Positions 1-13,500 of a DNA stretch of 64,000 nt are shown one piece after another. Source of the stretch: Eledone cirrhosa. Its lineage: Eukaryota. Position 1 is the first letter of the stretch; every line of letters begins with the position of its first letter. The position numbers were made by a program, and so were the translations under genes. The stretch lies in assembly GCA_964016885.1 (NCBI GenBank), contig OZ024742.1, positions 55,366,001-55,430,000 of the forward strand. Direction: 5' to 3'. The notes under the pieces are model-generated. The model saw nothing but the letters and a program-made list of their open reading frames with translations. It was not told the origin of the DNA and searched no databases.

Positions 1-189
1 ATCGACAATTGTTTCCTGGTTATTCCCCTAATACAGATTGCGTATCAGAATATATAGTATTTTCTACAGTACATATTGGCTAATTAGCCTAATTTACCTA
101 CCAAGCGATTTTACGGCTGGCTTTGCTGAAAGTTGAAAACAAAGCATTTTCCGCTTTAAATTTTAAAATGGATTCGTAAGTTTTATACC

Positions 190-365
190 GAATTTATACT
201 GAGGAGGTTGTGAGTTCGATTCTCGGATTGGGTGATGTGCTGTGTCCAGGAGAAAGGCACTTTCTTTCATGTTGTTCCTGTTTACTCAGCTGTAGAAATG
301 AGTTGCAATATCACTGGTGCCAAGCTCTATCCGATATTGCCTCTCCCTTAGACAATATTTGTATA
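190..365 (+). mobile_element. Diverged tRNA-derived SINE fragment (second family)
   Basis: B-box-like GAGTTCGATTC at about 212, followed by a SINE-body-like GGCACTT...TTACTCAGCTGTAGAAATGAG; ends at a (CA)n tract. Confidence 0.5.
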
Positions 366-382
366 TATATGCTTTGTATAGC

Positions 383-1470
<1,088 letters not shown>

Positions 1471-2489
1471 GAGACCTGCGCCTGTCTATGTATGTTTAAG
1501 AAAGATAGAAAAAGTACATTAACGCAACCGCAGTCTCACTTGGCAGCCTATGCTTTCTTTTGAAAATCAGTTGTCTTCTTTGGAAATCGATGTATACGTA
1601 ATTTTTGGGGGGTTTGTTTTGTTATCAGGCGTACCAATAATATCGTTTTCAGCATGCAATAATGATTTGATATTATTATAACATCTAACACAAAGTAGTA
1701 CTATAAATAATATATTTCCTTACATCTTCGTTAACATTTCGCATAAATGTTTGATACAAATAGAATGAAATATGTTTTTTTACACTTCCTTGTTAGCAAC
1801 GTCTTTTTTCGGTTCCTTCATAGTAACCCCTTTTCCCAGTTCTTTCTCAGTAACCCCTTGCTCTTTAGTGGCCTTATGGTTTTGTTTTGGGTCAGCCAAA
1901 AAGAGATTCACACTTATGCTGGTTTAGTTTAAATTGTTACAGATTGCATGTCATGCGGTGGTTCATTGACATGGACCCCAGTCTTCTTTCAGATAAGTTA
2001 AGTGATACAATCTTTTCCTCAGAATCACAACGCTCTGTCAAGGCAGGACATTCAACCGATTATTATGCATCCAATACCTTAACCCTTAGCCCATGATCAT
2101 TTTCTACGTAATTCCGTTATTGCTTCCAACAACAAATCGAAACTATACGCTCACTAGACTCATGTCAGAGGGAAATGATTGTATTTCACTCACTGCATAA
2201 ACCTCAGTGACCTTTCCGAATTAACTTCAAAACCTTCTGCAATGCAAGGTTTTCACCCTGTATCACTACATGGTTGCAACTGCGGGCGTGGCTTTGTGTG
2301 ATGGACGCTGTCGTGTGGGTGTTTCTGCATTTGGATGCGCAAAAATGTATTTGGCTTTAAGCTTATGCTTTGATCAATATTTTATAAGTTTACGATGTCA
2401 GAAGTGAGAAAGTACATTGATAGCTAGGTTATTGGTCATTATATTATCGACATACATTGTTTACACATCAGTCATGGTTGGCAACACCA

Positions 2490-2700
2490 TTTTAGTTAGC
2501 AACAGTCATAATTAGCAATACATCATTAATAATTAGCAAAGACTCGGTTACGAGGAACACATGAGTTGTAATTAGTAACACATCAATTAGTAGCGACACA
2601 GTTATAATAGACAGTCCAATATTCAAAATTGGCAATGTACCAGTCACAATTGCCGGTACAGTAGTCACAATTGGCAACACGGCAATCATTAGCGCCATAT
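2490..2700. repeat. Degenerate ~21-bp minisatellite
   Basis: Recurring ATT(A/G)GCAA...GTCACA units, e.g. attggcaatgtaccagtcaca, attgccggtacagtagtcaca, attggcaacacggcaatc. Confidence 0.6.
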
Positions 2701-3190
2701 AAACCACTATTATTGAAACAGCGAAGCCTGGAATATAGATAAAATATCACGATCGGCAATTTCACTTGTTTTCTTGGCTGCCACCAACAAACTGTTATGC
2801 AGGTATAAACACACTCAAACCTACATACCCGATCATTCAAACGCACATACGAATATGTTTTCAATTAACAGGGGTAGAGAACCATTAGAGTCGAAAGAAT
2901 AAAGTCTACGAAAGGCTGGTCTCTACATTTAATTTGCTCTTTTAATTAATATATGTTTTCCATTCCTTTCGTAGACTTTATGCTTTTCTCTCTAGTTTGT
3001 TTTTGTAGTGTGGTGTGTGTTTGTGTGTGTTTTAGTTTCTTTGTTTCCCACAGGTCTCCTTTTGGTGGGTAATACTATACTCTGTTCTTAAATTACCCAC
3101 CACAAGAAGACCTGTGACAAACAAACAAACTAAAACACACACATACACACACACACACACACACACAGACCACACTACCAAAACAAACAA

Positions 3191-3247
<57 letters not shown>

Positions 3248-3393
3248 TTTTGAGTTTATGTTGGTTGTATACCAACACCTCAGTATGCAGGCTGGAGCAC
3301 TCGACAAAGTGCGCAGGTTGGTTTGGTTACTCCGGAGTAGTGTAAAATAAAGTTAAATAAAAGTCAAACGACTAAAACCCAGCTTCGTTTATT

Positions 3394-3448
3394 ACTGCTA
3401 TATATATTTCAGTGACAGCCATCTTTGGCTGTGACCTCTTCAGGCAGT
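3394..3448 (-). ncRNA. Type I hammerhead ribozyme motif (left arm)
   Basis: Minus strand: ACTGC-CTGAAGA-GGTCACAGCC/aaagat/GGCTGTCACT-GAAA-TATATA-TA-GCAGT. Confidence 0.85.
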
Positions 3449-3598
3449 CCGAACCACCATGGTATAGACAAGTACATATGTTGTTCAGGTGTACAATATT
3501 GTCAATACTCTGATAAGCGGGGAACTGGGCATATCAGAGTATTGACAATATTGTACACCTGAACAACATATGTACTTGTCTATACCATGGTGGTTCGG

Positions 3599-3653
3599 AC
3601 TGCCTGAAGAGGTCACAGCCAAAGATGGCTGTTACTGAAATATATATAGCAGT
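3599..3653 (+). ncRNA. Type I hammerhead ribozyme motif (right arm)
   Basis: Stem I ACTGC/GCAGT, core CTGAAGA, 9 of 10 bp stem II, GAAA, palindromic stem III ATATATAT, predicted cleavage after 3648, AATAAA immediately downstream. Confidence 0.85.
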
Positions 3654-3827
3654 AATAAACGAAGCTGGGTTTTAGTCGTTTGACTTTTATTTAACTTTAT
3701 TTTATATATATATATATATATATAATATACCTAAACGCCCCTTTTGTTCTTTTTTCCCCCAAAAAATATCACTCTGACTACGTTTTCTTCCTATCCCACT
3801 TACAATAACACACAACACACACACACA

Positions 3828-3885
<58 letters not shown>

Positions 3886-4123
3886 GTATATATGTACCCT
3901 CTAAAACTAGATTCCTAAAATAGATTTCCTTTTACAATCCTCTACTTATATACCCCTCTCCCCTATAGAAATTGTCTCTAGATTACATATCCCAGCTTCG
4001 CTACCCCCATCCGAACTGTTGACCAGTCCTTTAACACAATTGAGATACACACACATATACAGAGGAAACTTTCCTCCCCCTAAAAATAATTTTGTTCTGT
4101 GAAAAGACACAACTAGCACCACC

Positions 4124-4181
<58 letters not shown>

Positions 4182-4317
4182 ATACCTCTCTCTCTCTATA
4201 TATATATATAAGGTTCCATTTTAGACCCAGTCTTCTTCTCAAAAAGAAGGATGATTGCATCAAAACCGATTGCATTTCATATATTTTATGTACATTATGA
4301 AAAATCCGTTTTTGTCG

Positions 4318-4503
4318 GTGGATTGGCAGTATCAGTAGAGGGTCGGACGCCATGCTTTGACGCATAGAGTTACGGCCCTTGCTATTCTGAGTTCAAATCC
4401 CGCTGAGGTTAACTTTTCCTTTCATCCTTACGGGGTCGATAAAATAAAGTACCAGTAATACACTGGGTAATTGCTGGCCTTGTGCCAATAGTAGAAACAA
4501 TTA
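4318..4503 (+). mobile_element. Main-family SINE, full length, with 20-bp target-site duplication
   Basis: Head TGGCAGTATC..GTAGA, B-box GAGTTCAAATCC, central CCTTTCATCCTTACGGGGTCGATAAAATAAAGTACCAG, 3' end AGAAACA; TSD ATTATGAAAAATCCGTTTTT at 4294-4313 and 4500-4519. Confidence 0.92.
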
Positions 4504-4599
4504 TGAAAAATCCGTTTTTTTTTTAAATGTTCCTCTAATAATGTCGGATCAAAGAAGAAAAAGATACAGATACTTTAAATATATTTTCCAATTCCACTT

Positions 4600-4733
<134 letters not shown>

Positions 4734-4748
4734 ATCTTTAATATAGAT

Positions 4749-4937
4749 ATGGTTTCTACAGGATTAGAACTGTTTAATTCGAAGGAAACCACCAACAAAG
4801 TCCAGGGATTTCATGATGAGTTCCGTCGAATAAAGCACTTGTCCTGTAGCAGCCTTTCTATATTAAAAATTGTATATACTCTACAGTATATTGAGTACCT
4901 TACTTACTGTGGTTACCACCGATTGAACACGGGGTAG
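4749..4937 (+). mobile_element. Short dispersed repeat with terminal foldback; related copy inverted at 57028-57191
   Basis: Shared CTACAGGATTAGAACTGTTT and TACCTTACTTACTGTGGTTA blocks; flanked by microsatellites. Confidence 0.7.
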
Positions 4938-4944
4938 ATATTAT

Positions 4945-5575
<631 letters not shown>

Positions 5576-5639
5576 GTATGTATAATTCGACATATTTAGA
5601 TTAGATTAAATACTTAAAAACACATTTTCCCTTTAATTA

Positions 5640-5755
5640 GGCATTGGCCAATCCGGGGCTTCAGTAGAAAATTTCTCCGATACACCATGCTGTGAGATCG
5701 AAACCAAAACAATGTGAATGCGATGCAAACTTCTTAATCACGCAGCCATAACGCC
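5640..5755 (-). mobile_element. Diverged tRNA-head SINE fragment (third family; related copy about 40440-40795)
   Basis: Minus strand TGGCTGCGTGATTAAGAAGTTTGC...GGTTTCGATCTC resembles tRNA A and B boxes. Confidence 0.5.
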
Positions 5756-6199
5756 TTATTTATAAGAAATTGGAAATGTCTAACTGTTCACGAGAGTGAT
5801 ATGCACTCTACATAATGGTAACAAGAAATCTATCGAACTAGTTTACATTATCAGTTAACATGTCATTTATCTGGCAGGCAAAATAACTGATTGTGAAACC
5901 AGATTTTTTCATATTTATTTATATATTTTCTTGTAATTTGTGTGTAAATACACATAAGTGATTATGTGTTAACTTACATGTAATCATTCCATAACAATTG
6001 AAGTTATTTTTCTACCAGCGCTCAAATATAATGCACATTGTTTCAAGAGCGCTGACGGTTTTAAAAGACAGACATGCTCAGCTTTTGCCTCTATTAATTA
6101 TACATATAAAAATAAAATATGTTGATAGAGTCAAGATATGTTGTGTATCGTGTAATAGTTGGTTGTATAAAAAACAGAGTTTGACGTTAAATCCCTCCA

Positions 6200-7690
6200 A
6201 AGAAATAACATGGGGCACTGCGAGACAACTCAAAACAGGCAGTGAAAATCTTGGAAAAGTTAGGATAAAGAGAGAAAAATGTTCAGGGCAGAGTGTGTCA
6301 CATTCATCATCAACATGACACATATTCTGATAAATGTTAGTACAGGATATTTTTAGACAGTAAAGGTGAACAAAACATTTATAAGACCTTATTCATCACT
6401 TCAAATAATTGAGTAAGAACGAAAACGAATTTGACACTCTAGTAAATAGCATACACGTATTCAGTGAGAACATTCGAATGGAATTTGAAATTAACAACCT
6501 TCGTGTGAAAGCCGGCAAATTGTCTAACATGAAAGGAATTGAGCCTCCAGAGAGAAAGAGATAAAGAAAATAGATATAAAATAGGAAACCAGGTATGTTT
6601 ATTTAAGAGCTTTAGACGTTGACAGCGTAAAAGACAACCTAAATATGGAAGTAATGCTGGAAAATGAATAAATAGGAAAGGAAAAGAAAATTTTAAAATC
6701 CCATCTGAACCAAAGAAATGTCATCACAGCTATAAACTGACATGCTGTGGCTTCAATCAGTCGATGCAATGCAGTGATCATTTACCAGGCAACTCAACAA
6801 CTACAGGAGATTAATAGGAAAACTAGAAAGTTGCTGATTCTGTGTAATGTTTCACAGAAAGTAACCTAATACATATTGATAGAATATATACATATTAGGA
6901 TCTAATGATGGAAAAGTACTGAGCAGTTGAAACAAAAAAAATATCATGGAAGGTAGGAAAGGAAAACTGAGTAAGAAATAGAAAAAAAGAACACCGTATT
7001 TAAAATACCCGGATTCGGCATTGGTGTAGGAAAGGTGATTTAAAAAAAAAAAAAAGATAATGCTCTTAAATAGCAAACCTAGAGGAACAATAATGATACT
7101 ATCGATCAGAAGAAATAACTAAGTAGAATATATTACCACAATATCAATGGTGTGGCGGGGAAGACGATATTGTAACCCACAGAGGTTGAAGTCATTTCAG
7201 ATACAGTAGAAAGAGCAGGCGATAAATTAAATTGACAAAATTGAAACAGTTATACAGTGGCATTACACTACAGAACAACCAGAAAATGTGTGTGAAAATA
7301 CACCAAAGAAAGATGTCAACACTAAATAAAAATAAGCAAAAATATATAAACAATCCAAATTGTGCCACATACACATCAAGACAGATGAGAGACAGAAAAA
7401 TATCGTGTAGATAAGAAAATAGGAGGATCTGTCGTGGGAAGTAAACAGGCTGTGGTACTGCAGAGAGATAATATTATTTACTCATATAATAGGATCACCA
7501 GGTACAGTGTCTGAAACTATCACTAAATGAGTTTCTATGACCAGCTTAATAGTAACACGTGTAACACTACAGAAATCATTCCGCCTTCGTTAAGTGAGAA
7601 CCTTAGCATATGCGCTGAATATCTGGAGATGTGTGAAGTAGTTTCATGTTCAGCGACCAAACACTACTGCTGCGTAAATTACAGAACAGC
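6200..7690 (+). mobile_element. Heavily decayed R4/Dong-clade LINE
   Basis: Residual peptides NVITAIN, EINRKTRKLLIL, EVNRLWYCRE and IIGSPGTVS are collinear with the Dong copy at 25411-28728; ends in (AAT)n. Confidence 0.7.
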
Positions 7691-7699
7691 AATAACAGC

Positions 7700-7738
<39 letters not shown>

Positions 7739-7741
7739 TAT

Positions 7742-7950
7742 GGTTTCTGATTTAGGTGCAAGGCCAGCAATTTTGGGGAGGATAAATTCGATTAAATAGG
7801 TACCAGTGCATTACTGGTATTTTATTTTATCGACAACGTAAGGATTAAAGGCAAAGCTAACCTCGTCAGGATTTGAACTGTGAACGTAAAGAACCATAAC
7901 TCTCTGCTGCAAAGCAGGGCGTTCAATGATCTACCGATACTGCCAATCCA
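7742..7950 (-). mobile_element. Main-family SINE
   Basis: Reverse complement of the family consensus; (AAT)n on both sides. Confidence 0.85.
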
Positions 7951-7972
7951 ATAATGATAATAATAATAATAA

Positions 7973-8585
7973 CATTGTATCCGAGTGTAAACACCTAGCC
8001 CAGACTCACTATAAAGGCTGGAGACATGAGGTGATAGGTAGGGTGATCCACGGGCACTATGCAAAGTAAACAATTTACCACATTCTGAGAAGTGGTATGA
8101 GCATAAGCCAGAGTCGGTGATAGAAAACGATCAGGTGAAGGTACTATGGGATTTTAGGATACAGACGGACAAGAAATTAGAACACAATAGGACTAAGCTG
8201 GTTGTTTTGAACAAGGAAAAAACGTCGTGTCTGATGGTAGATGTACCCTGCCCATTTGACACGAGGGTGCAAGAAAGGAGAAGGAGAAAATTAACCGATA
8301 AAAAAGAATTATAGTGTGAGTTAAAAAGGATTTGGAACTGCCATGAAATCAAGGTCGTCCCGATTGTCATAGGCGCACTAGGTACTATCTCAAAGAGTTT
8401 CCATGGATGGTTAAAGAAGATTAGTCCAGCCCTGGTGTTTGGAACACTTCAAAAGGCATGCTTGCTGGAAACAGCAAGAACCCTCCGATACGTCCTGAAT
8501 GACTGAGGCTGCAGGTAGAGGCTTGATGTTCATTTGAACAAACTTTCCAGTTAAATAACATCAATGATTGAGACACAAACAACAA
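7973..8585 (+). mobile_element. 5'-truncated R4/Dong LINE (restriction-like endonuclease domain and 3' UTR)
   Basis: KVLWDFRIQTDKKLEHNR, VVPIVIGALGTI and LQKACLLETAR motifs; highly similar to 25411-26020; followed by (AAT)n. Confidence 0.92.
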
Positions 8586-8599
8586 TAATAATTAATAAT

Positions 8600-8631
<32 letters not shown>

Positions 8632-8632
<1 letters not shown>

Positions 8633-8795
8633 TGTTTCTAATTTTGGCACAAGGCCAGCAATTCCCCAGTGCATTACTGGTACTTTATTTTATCGACCCC
8701 GTAAGAATGTAAGTTAACCTCGGTGGATTTGAACACAGAACGTAAAAGGCCATAACTCTATGCTGCAAAGCATGGTGACTGACGCTCTACCGACA
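8632..8795 (-). mobile_element. Main-family SINE
   Basis: Reverse complement of consensus, tail-to-tail with the Dong 3' end. Confidence 0.88.
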
Positions 8796-8799
8796 TATA

Positions 8800-10560
8800 T
8801 AATTCTAAACACAGAGTTCAAGATTTTGGCCAAGGTGCTAGCAAAGAGGTTGGCTCTTGTCGTTGGTGGTCTGGTGGGAGAGGCACAGACATGCGCCATT
8901 CCCGACAGATCCATCCACGACAACCTCCACCTCATGCGATACATCGTAGAGAGGGTAGCTAGGGAACCTGGCACGGGTGGGTCTTTGATCAATGTAGATC
9001 AGTCGAAAGCCTTCGATAGGGTCGACCATCGTTACCTAGCGGCAGTCCTGAGGGCGGCTGGCTTTGGGCCCGTCTTCAGAGGCTGGATCGCTGCCATGCA
9101 CAGCGACATCTGCTCTGTAGTGAGAGTGAACGGTCACCTTTCGGAACCGTTCAACATCATGCGCTCGGTCGGCCAAGGATGTCCCCTCTCGTCCCTATTG
9201 TACGTATTGACTCTCGAGCCATTACTGCACAAACTGGAGACGTTGAGGGGGGTCCCGCGCGAACTAGGATGCGGAAGATCCGTGTCAGCATATGCGGACG
9301 ATGTCACCGTAGTGGTGTCGAACGCCAAACACATCGAGGCGATCGGCACTACACTAAGAGAATACGAAGCGGTGACAGGATCAATGATCAATCAGGAAAA
9401 GTCAGTGGGCCTGCAGCTCGGCACCTGGATAGGCAGGTCCATGCCGTCCAACAGCGTCGTCGGGCGCTGGACAGACGGACCGGTTAAATTGCTAGGGGTC
9501 TGGTTCGGTCCAGACCTCCAGACGGACAAAAACTGGGACGAGGTGACGAGCAGGGTGGCTTCTCTCACCCAGAAATGGGCCGAGAGGAAGCTACCCTGAA
9601 AGGTCGAGCGGAGGTGGCTAACGCGTACATCGCGTCCGTCATCTACTACCGCCTGACCGTCGTACCTTGTCCTAAGCCTCGCCTGACTGCGCTGGAGCGT
9701 TTGCTCTTTCGCTTCTTGTGGAAGGGACGCGCTCCGATGGTCAGGCGGTCCATCTGCTGTCAACACCCGCTACGTGGAGGGCTGGGTATGCCATGGCTGA
9801 TGATGCGCAGACACGTGCTCAGGCTACTACATCTCCACCTCTTACTCGACGGTGATCAGGTGTGGTCGCCGTTTGCTAGACACGTCTTTCCTCTGCTCGT
9901 CTCCTTGACGGAGCTGCAGTCCTGGGTCAAGCGAAGACCGAGAGGGAGCGGTTGGAGACTGGAATGTCTTCAGGCGCTCACAGCCCTCGACCAATCGGGC
10001 AATGTGATCGGTGGAAACTCCACCTTGGCGTTCTATAGAGGATTAGTGGATGGGAAGAGCGACGACGGACTTGGGGAAAATCTAGGCATCGACGAAAATC
10101 AACTAGCCAAGAGATAGTATGGTGGACACGTTTGAAAGGGCTGAATACGAGCACTTACCTCTTCGGTGATGCCCTGATTAACTTTTTCAAATTTTATTTG
10201 AAAAGGAAAATCAGGCTAGAGAGGGAAGTGCTCTCTTCCCAGCATTTTGTTGAAAGATGGGTGAGAGAAGCGAGTATGGCCCGAGTGAATGGGCCTACTC
10301 TGAGTATGTGTCTGTAAATTAAAGGTGGAAAACTGGGAGAGGGCACTTGCCCTGATGGTCAGGGTCACTGTGGCCTTTTAATGGGCTTTCTCCACAAATG
10401 TCCCTCGGAAGTCTCCCCCCAATTGGGGAAGTTTCATTGTTATTTTTTTATTACATCTGTTTTTTTTTACACGCAGAAATGGCCATTTGTACCCCTGTAT
10501 TGTCCTGTACTGTCCTTAAAGTCTACTTTATGTAAACCCTTGTGGTTAATAAAGAAAACA
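8800..10560 (+). mobile_element. 5'-truncated L1/Tx1-clade LINE (reverse transcriptase, frameshifted)
   Basis: ORF 8760-9599 has KAFDRVDH, QGCPLS and AYADDV; GGLGMP downstream; internal deletion near 10110 relative to the 29792 copy; ends AATAAAGAAAAC then (ATT)n. Confidence 0.95.
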
Positions 10561-10599
10561 TTATTATTATAGTATTTATTATTATTATTATTATTTTAC

Positions 10600-13500
10600 T
10601 TTGCTACGGACGTGTTCCCAACGGCTCTAGGTTAGTTATTTTGATTGGAATTTGTTGAATATTTTTTTTCACGAACTGTATATAAGGTCCCATTCATTGG
10701 CCTTTGTAAAGGCGACCCCATAATAGTTTGGCCTTTTCGCCCAAATGTTTGAACTCAGTTATTATTTCAAATTTTTGTGTCAAAAATAAAAATCCTGGTT
10801 GAGCCACGAATATTTTAAGCCTGCTGTCGTATGACAGTGGCTTAAACGTTGAGAGGAGGCATAGGGTATACATAACTTGAACCTTTGCTAACACAAGTAA
10901 ACAAATATATACTACAACACAACATGCAAGAACAAATGTAACAACACCATCACAAATAACATAAATAATGACAGCAACATCAACAGTGAGAATATTAACA
11001 GCTGTAACAGCGACAACCAAATCACAGACAGCAGAACCAATCAGGAAATTAACAAGTTCACCGACAAGAACATGGATAGCGACATCACCAACAGTAACAA
11101 AGAAACAAAGGAATAAAGCAACAACACCAATAATTACACCAAATGCAACAACGACAATACTAACAAGAACACCGACAACAACACCAACAACAACTGCAAC
11201 ACAATTGACAACACCACCAACAATAACAACGCCAACAAATTGAAAAGTCTTTCGCTGCAGCAGCAGCCAAGAAAGGGCCATGCTTCAGCATGGACATGAC
11301 GGACAAGGAGAAAAAGTTGGCCCAGGCATGGATGTTCATCAAACAGGAGCAAACCTGTGCCAACTTAAATGTCCCGGCAGAGGCCATGGAGGGGGTGGAG
11401 AGGACAACTCTCGCCTTTAGATGCATCTCAGCTGAGACAAAAAAGTCACCAACACTCCCCAAGCAGACGTCGAGGCTGCACTGAGGTGCATCAGAGACGA
11501 TACAGAATACATAGTCAGGAGTCGACAATACGGCACCATCTCGGTGCTTTTTATGTCAGCAGCCCTCTCTTTGAAGCACGCGATGACTACAATCAGCAAG
11601 GTTATAATGTACCCTCACACATGGGAAAAAGCTGTTAGAATCCGCATTCCCAGGATTCCACCATGACTAGATATGTGGTGGCTCTAGGGATGCGTGATTG
11701 TCGAGATGACAGATATCATGCCAATAGAGGTAACCAGAACAGACAGAGAGGACATGTCCAGAGCTGATCTGGAGATACTTCTCCATATAAAATTTGAAGA
11801 ACTAAGAAAAATCCTAGATCATATCCGTCCTCGAAACGGGATGGTTCTACAAGTAATGACTGAGGGGGAAACGGCCGCACAGTTTCGGATTTCTTTAGAT
11901 GTCTGGAAGCCTTTCTAGGAACGTCTCACCCTTTAGTGTTTGCGGGGGGCTGGAACGGCTCCTTGGACGCAAGCTGGGACTGTGTGGGGGTAGACCATAG
12001 AAGTTACGGGTACAAAAAACTCAAAAGCCTGACCAGCCAGTTTCAACTCTCTGACATATATCGACTAGAGTTCCCTAATGTGCAAGAAACGCGGGAAAGA
12101 AAGCTGTTCGATGTGTCCGAGTGTAGGAGGCACAGCTTGGTAGCTAAACCAGAATTTGGCCTTTGACGGACCGAGACGGACGCGGGCTGAACGATTCCTG
12201 GTAGATGTATGAGGTCTTTTGCCAGTACTTTCCTCGGCTATTTGGGGGAAACTGGCGGAGGGGTCGGAGATGATCGCAGATTTCAGTCCCCACTTCGACG
12301 ACATGCCGCGTCTCGCACCGGCGCTGGCGAAAGGCCAATAACTTCGGCCGAAATTCGGGATGCCCTGGTCGGCAGCGTGAGGCGCATGTCACCCGGTTTG
12401 GGTAATCTTGCCATACGAGATTTATTTAGACATGCCAGATTGTTCTCTGATCTACTTGAAGCGCTCTACTGCAACTGGCAGAAGAACGGGAGTATTCCCA
12501 GTTTCGTGAGCCGGGCCTAGTGACGCTAATTAGGAAAGACGAGAACAAGAGGGTTAGTTTAGATAATTTCAGGCTCAGGCCAAGGTATTAGCGGAGAGAT
12601 TGGCGTGTGTCATCAAGGATTTGGTTGGGGAGGCGCAAACTTGCGCAATCCCGACCAGGTCCATACAAGACAACCTCCACTTCATGCTATACATCATAGA
12701 GAGTGTATAGTGTAAAGCTGACCTCGGTGTGTCGCTGATCAATTTAGATCAATCGAAAACTTTCGATAGGGTCAACCATCGACACCGGGACGTTGTCCTC
12801 AATGCAGCTGAATTCGGTCCCATCTCAGAGGCTGGATCGCTGCAATGCACAGTGGCATCTGCTCAGTGGTCAAAATTAATGCCCACCTTTTGAAACCGTT
12901 TCAGATCTCCCGATCTGTCGGTAAAGGATGCCCTCTCCCCTCCCTTTTGTAGATATCGACTCTCGACCTTTACTGCAGGAGATGGAGCTGTTGCAGGGCA
13001 TCCCGCTCCAAGGTTGACGTGGAAGGTCTGTGTCGGCATACGTGGACGACATCACCATGATGGTGTCGAACACCTCGGAATTTGAGGTTGACGGCAACTT
13101 ATTGAAGGAGTATGAAAGGTTGACAGGAGCGACATTTAAACAGGAAATATCCGTGTGCTTGCATGCCGTCCAACAGCGTTGTCGAGCGCTGGCCGGACGA
13201 ATCGGGAAAGTTGTTCGGGGTTTTATCGAACCAGACCTCCAAATGGAAACGAATTAGGACGAGGTGACGATCAGGGTAGCCACTCACACCCAGAAATGGC
13301 CTAAGAGGAAGCTTTCCCTGAAAGGTCGGGTGGAGGTTGTGAACGCGTATATCGCGTCCATCATCTACCACCTGTCCGTTGTGCATTGCTCCCGTCTGCG
13401 CATCGACAAATTGGTACGGCTCTTCTTCAGCTTCTTGTGAAGGGGATAGATTCCGTTGATGAGGCGGTCAATCTGATGCCAGAACCCTCTACATGGAGGG

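Larger units (their letters stand above)
3343..3704. repeat. Near-perfect inverted repeat, 173-bp arms, 16-bp spacer, one hammerhead motif per arm
   Basis: 3343-3515 is the reverse complement of 3532-3704, with one mismatch seen. Confidence 0.97.

Noticed and set aside
1940-2270. Possible CR1/L2 LINE 3' remnant
   Set aside because: Only a vague resemblance; no diagnostic motif could be read.
2874-2985. Short inverted repeat ATAAAGTCTACGAAAGG / CCTTTCGTAGACTTTAT
   Set aside because: The 17-bp match is real, but there is no ribozyme core, TSD or second copy to support an interpretation.
4318-4410. tRNA genes
   Set aside because: The A/B-box-like motifs belong to SINE heads; no cloverleaf with an acceptor stem can be formed.
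10694-11281. 195-aa hydrophobic minus-strand ORF resembling a membrane protein
   Set aside because: It is the antisense reading of the (ACA)-rich Tx1 ORF1 region.
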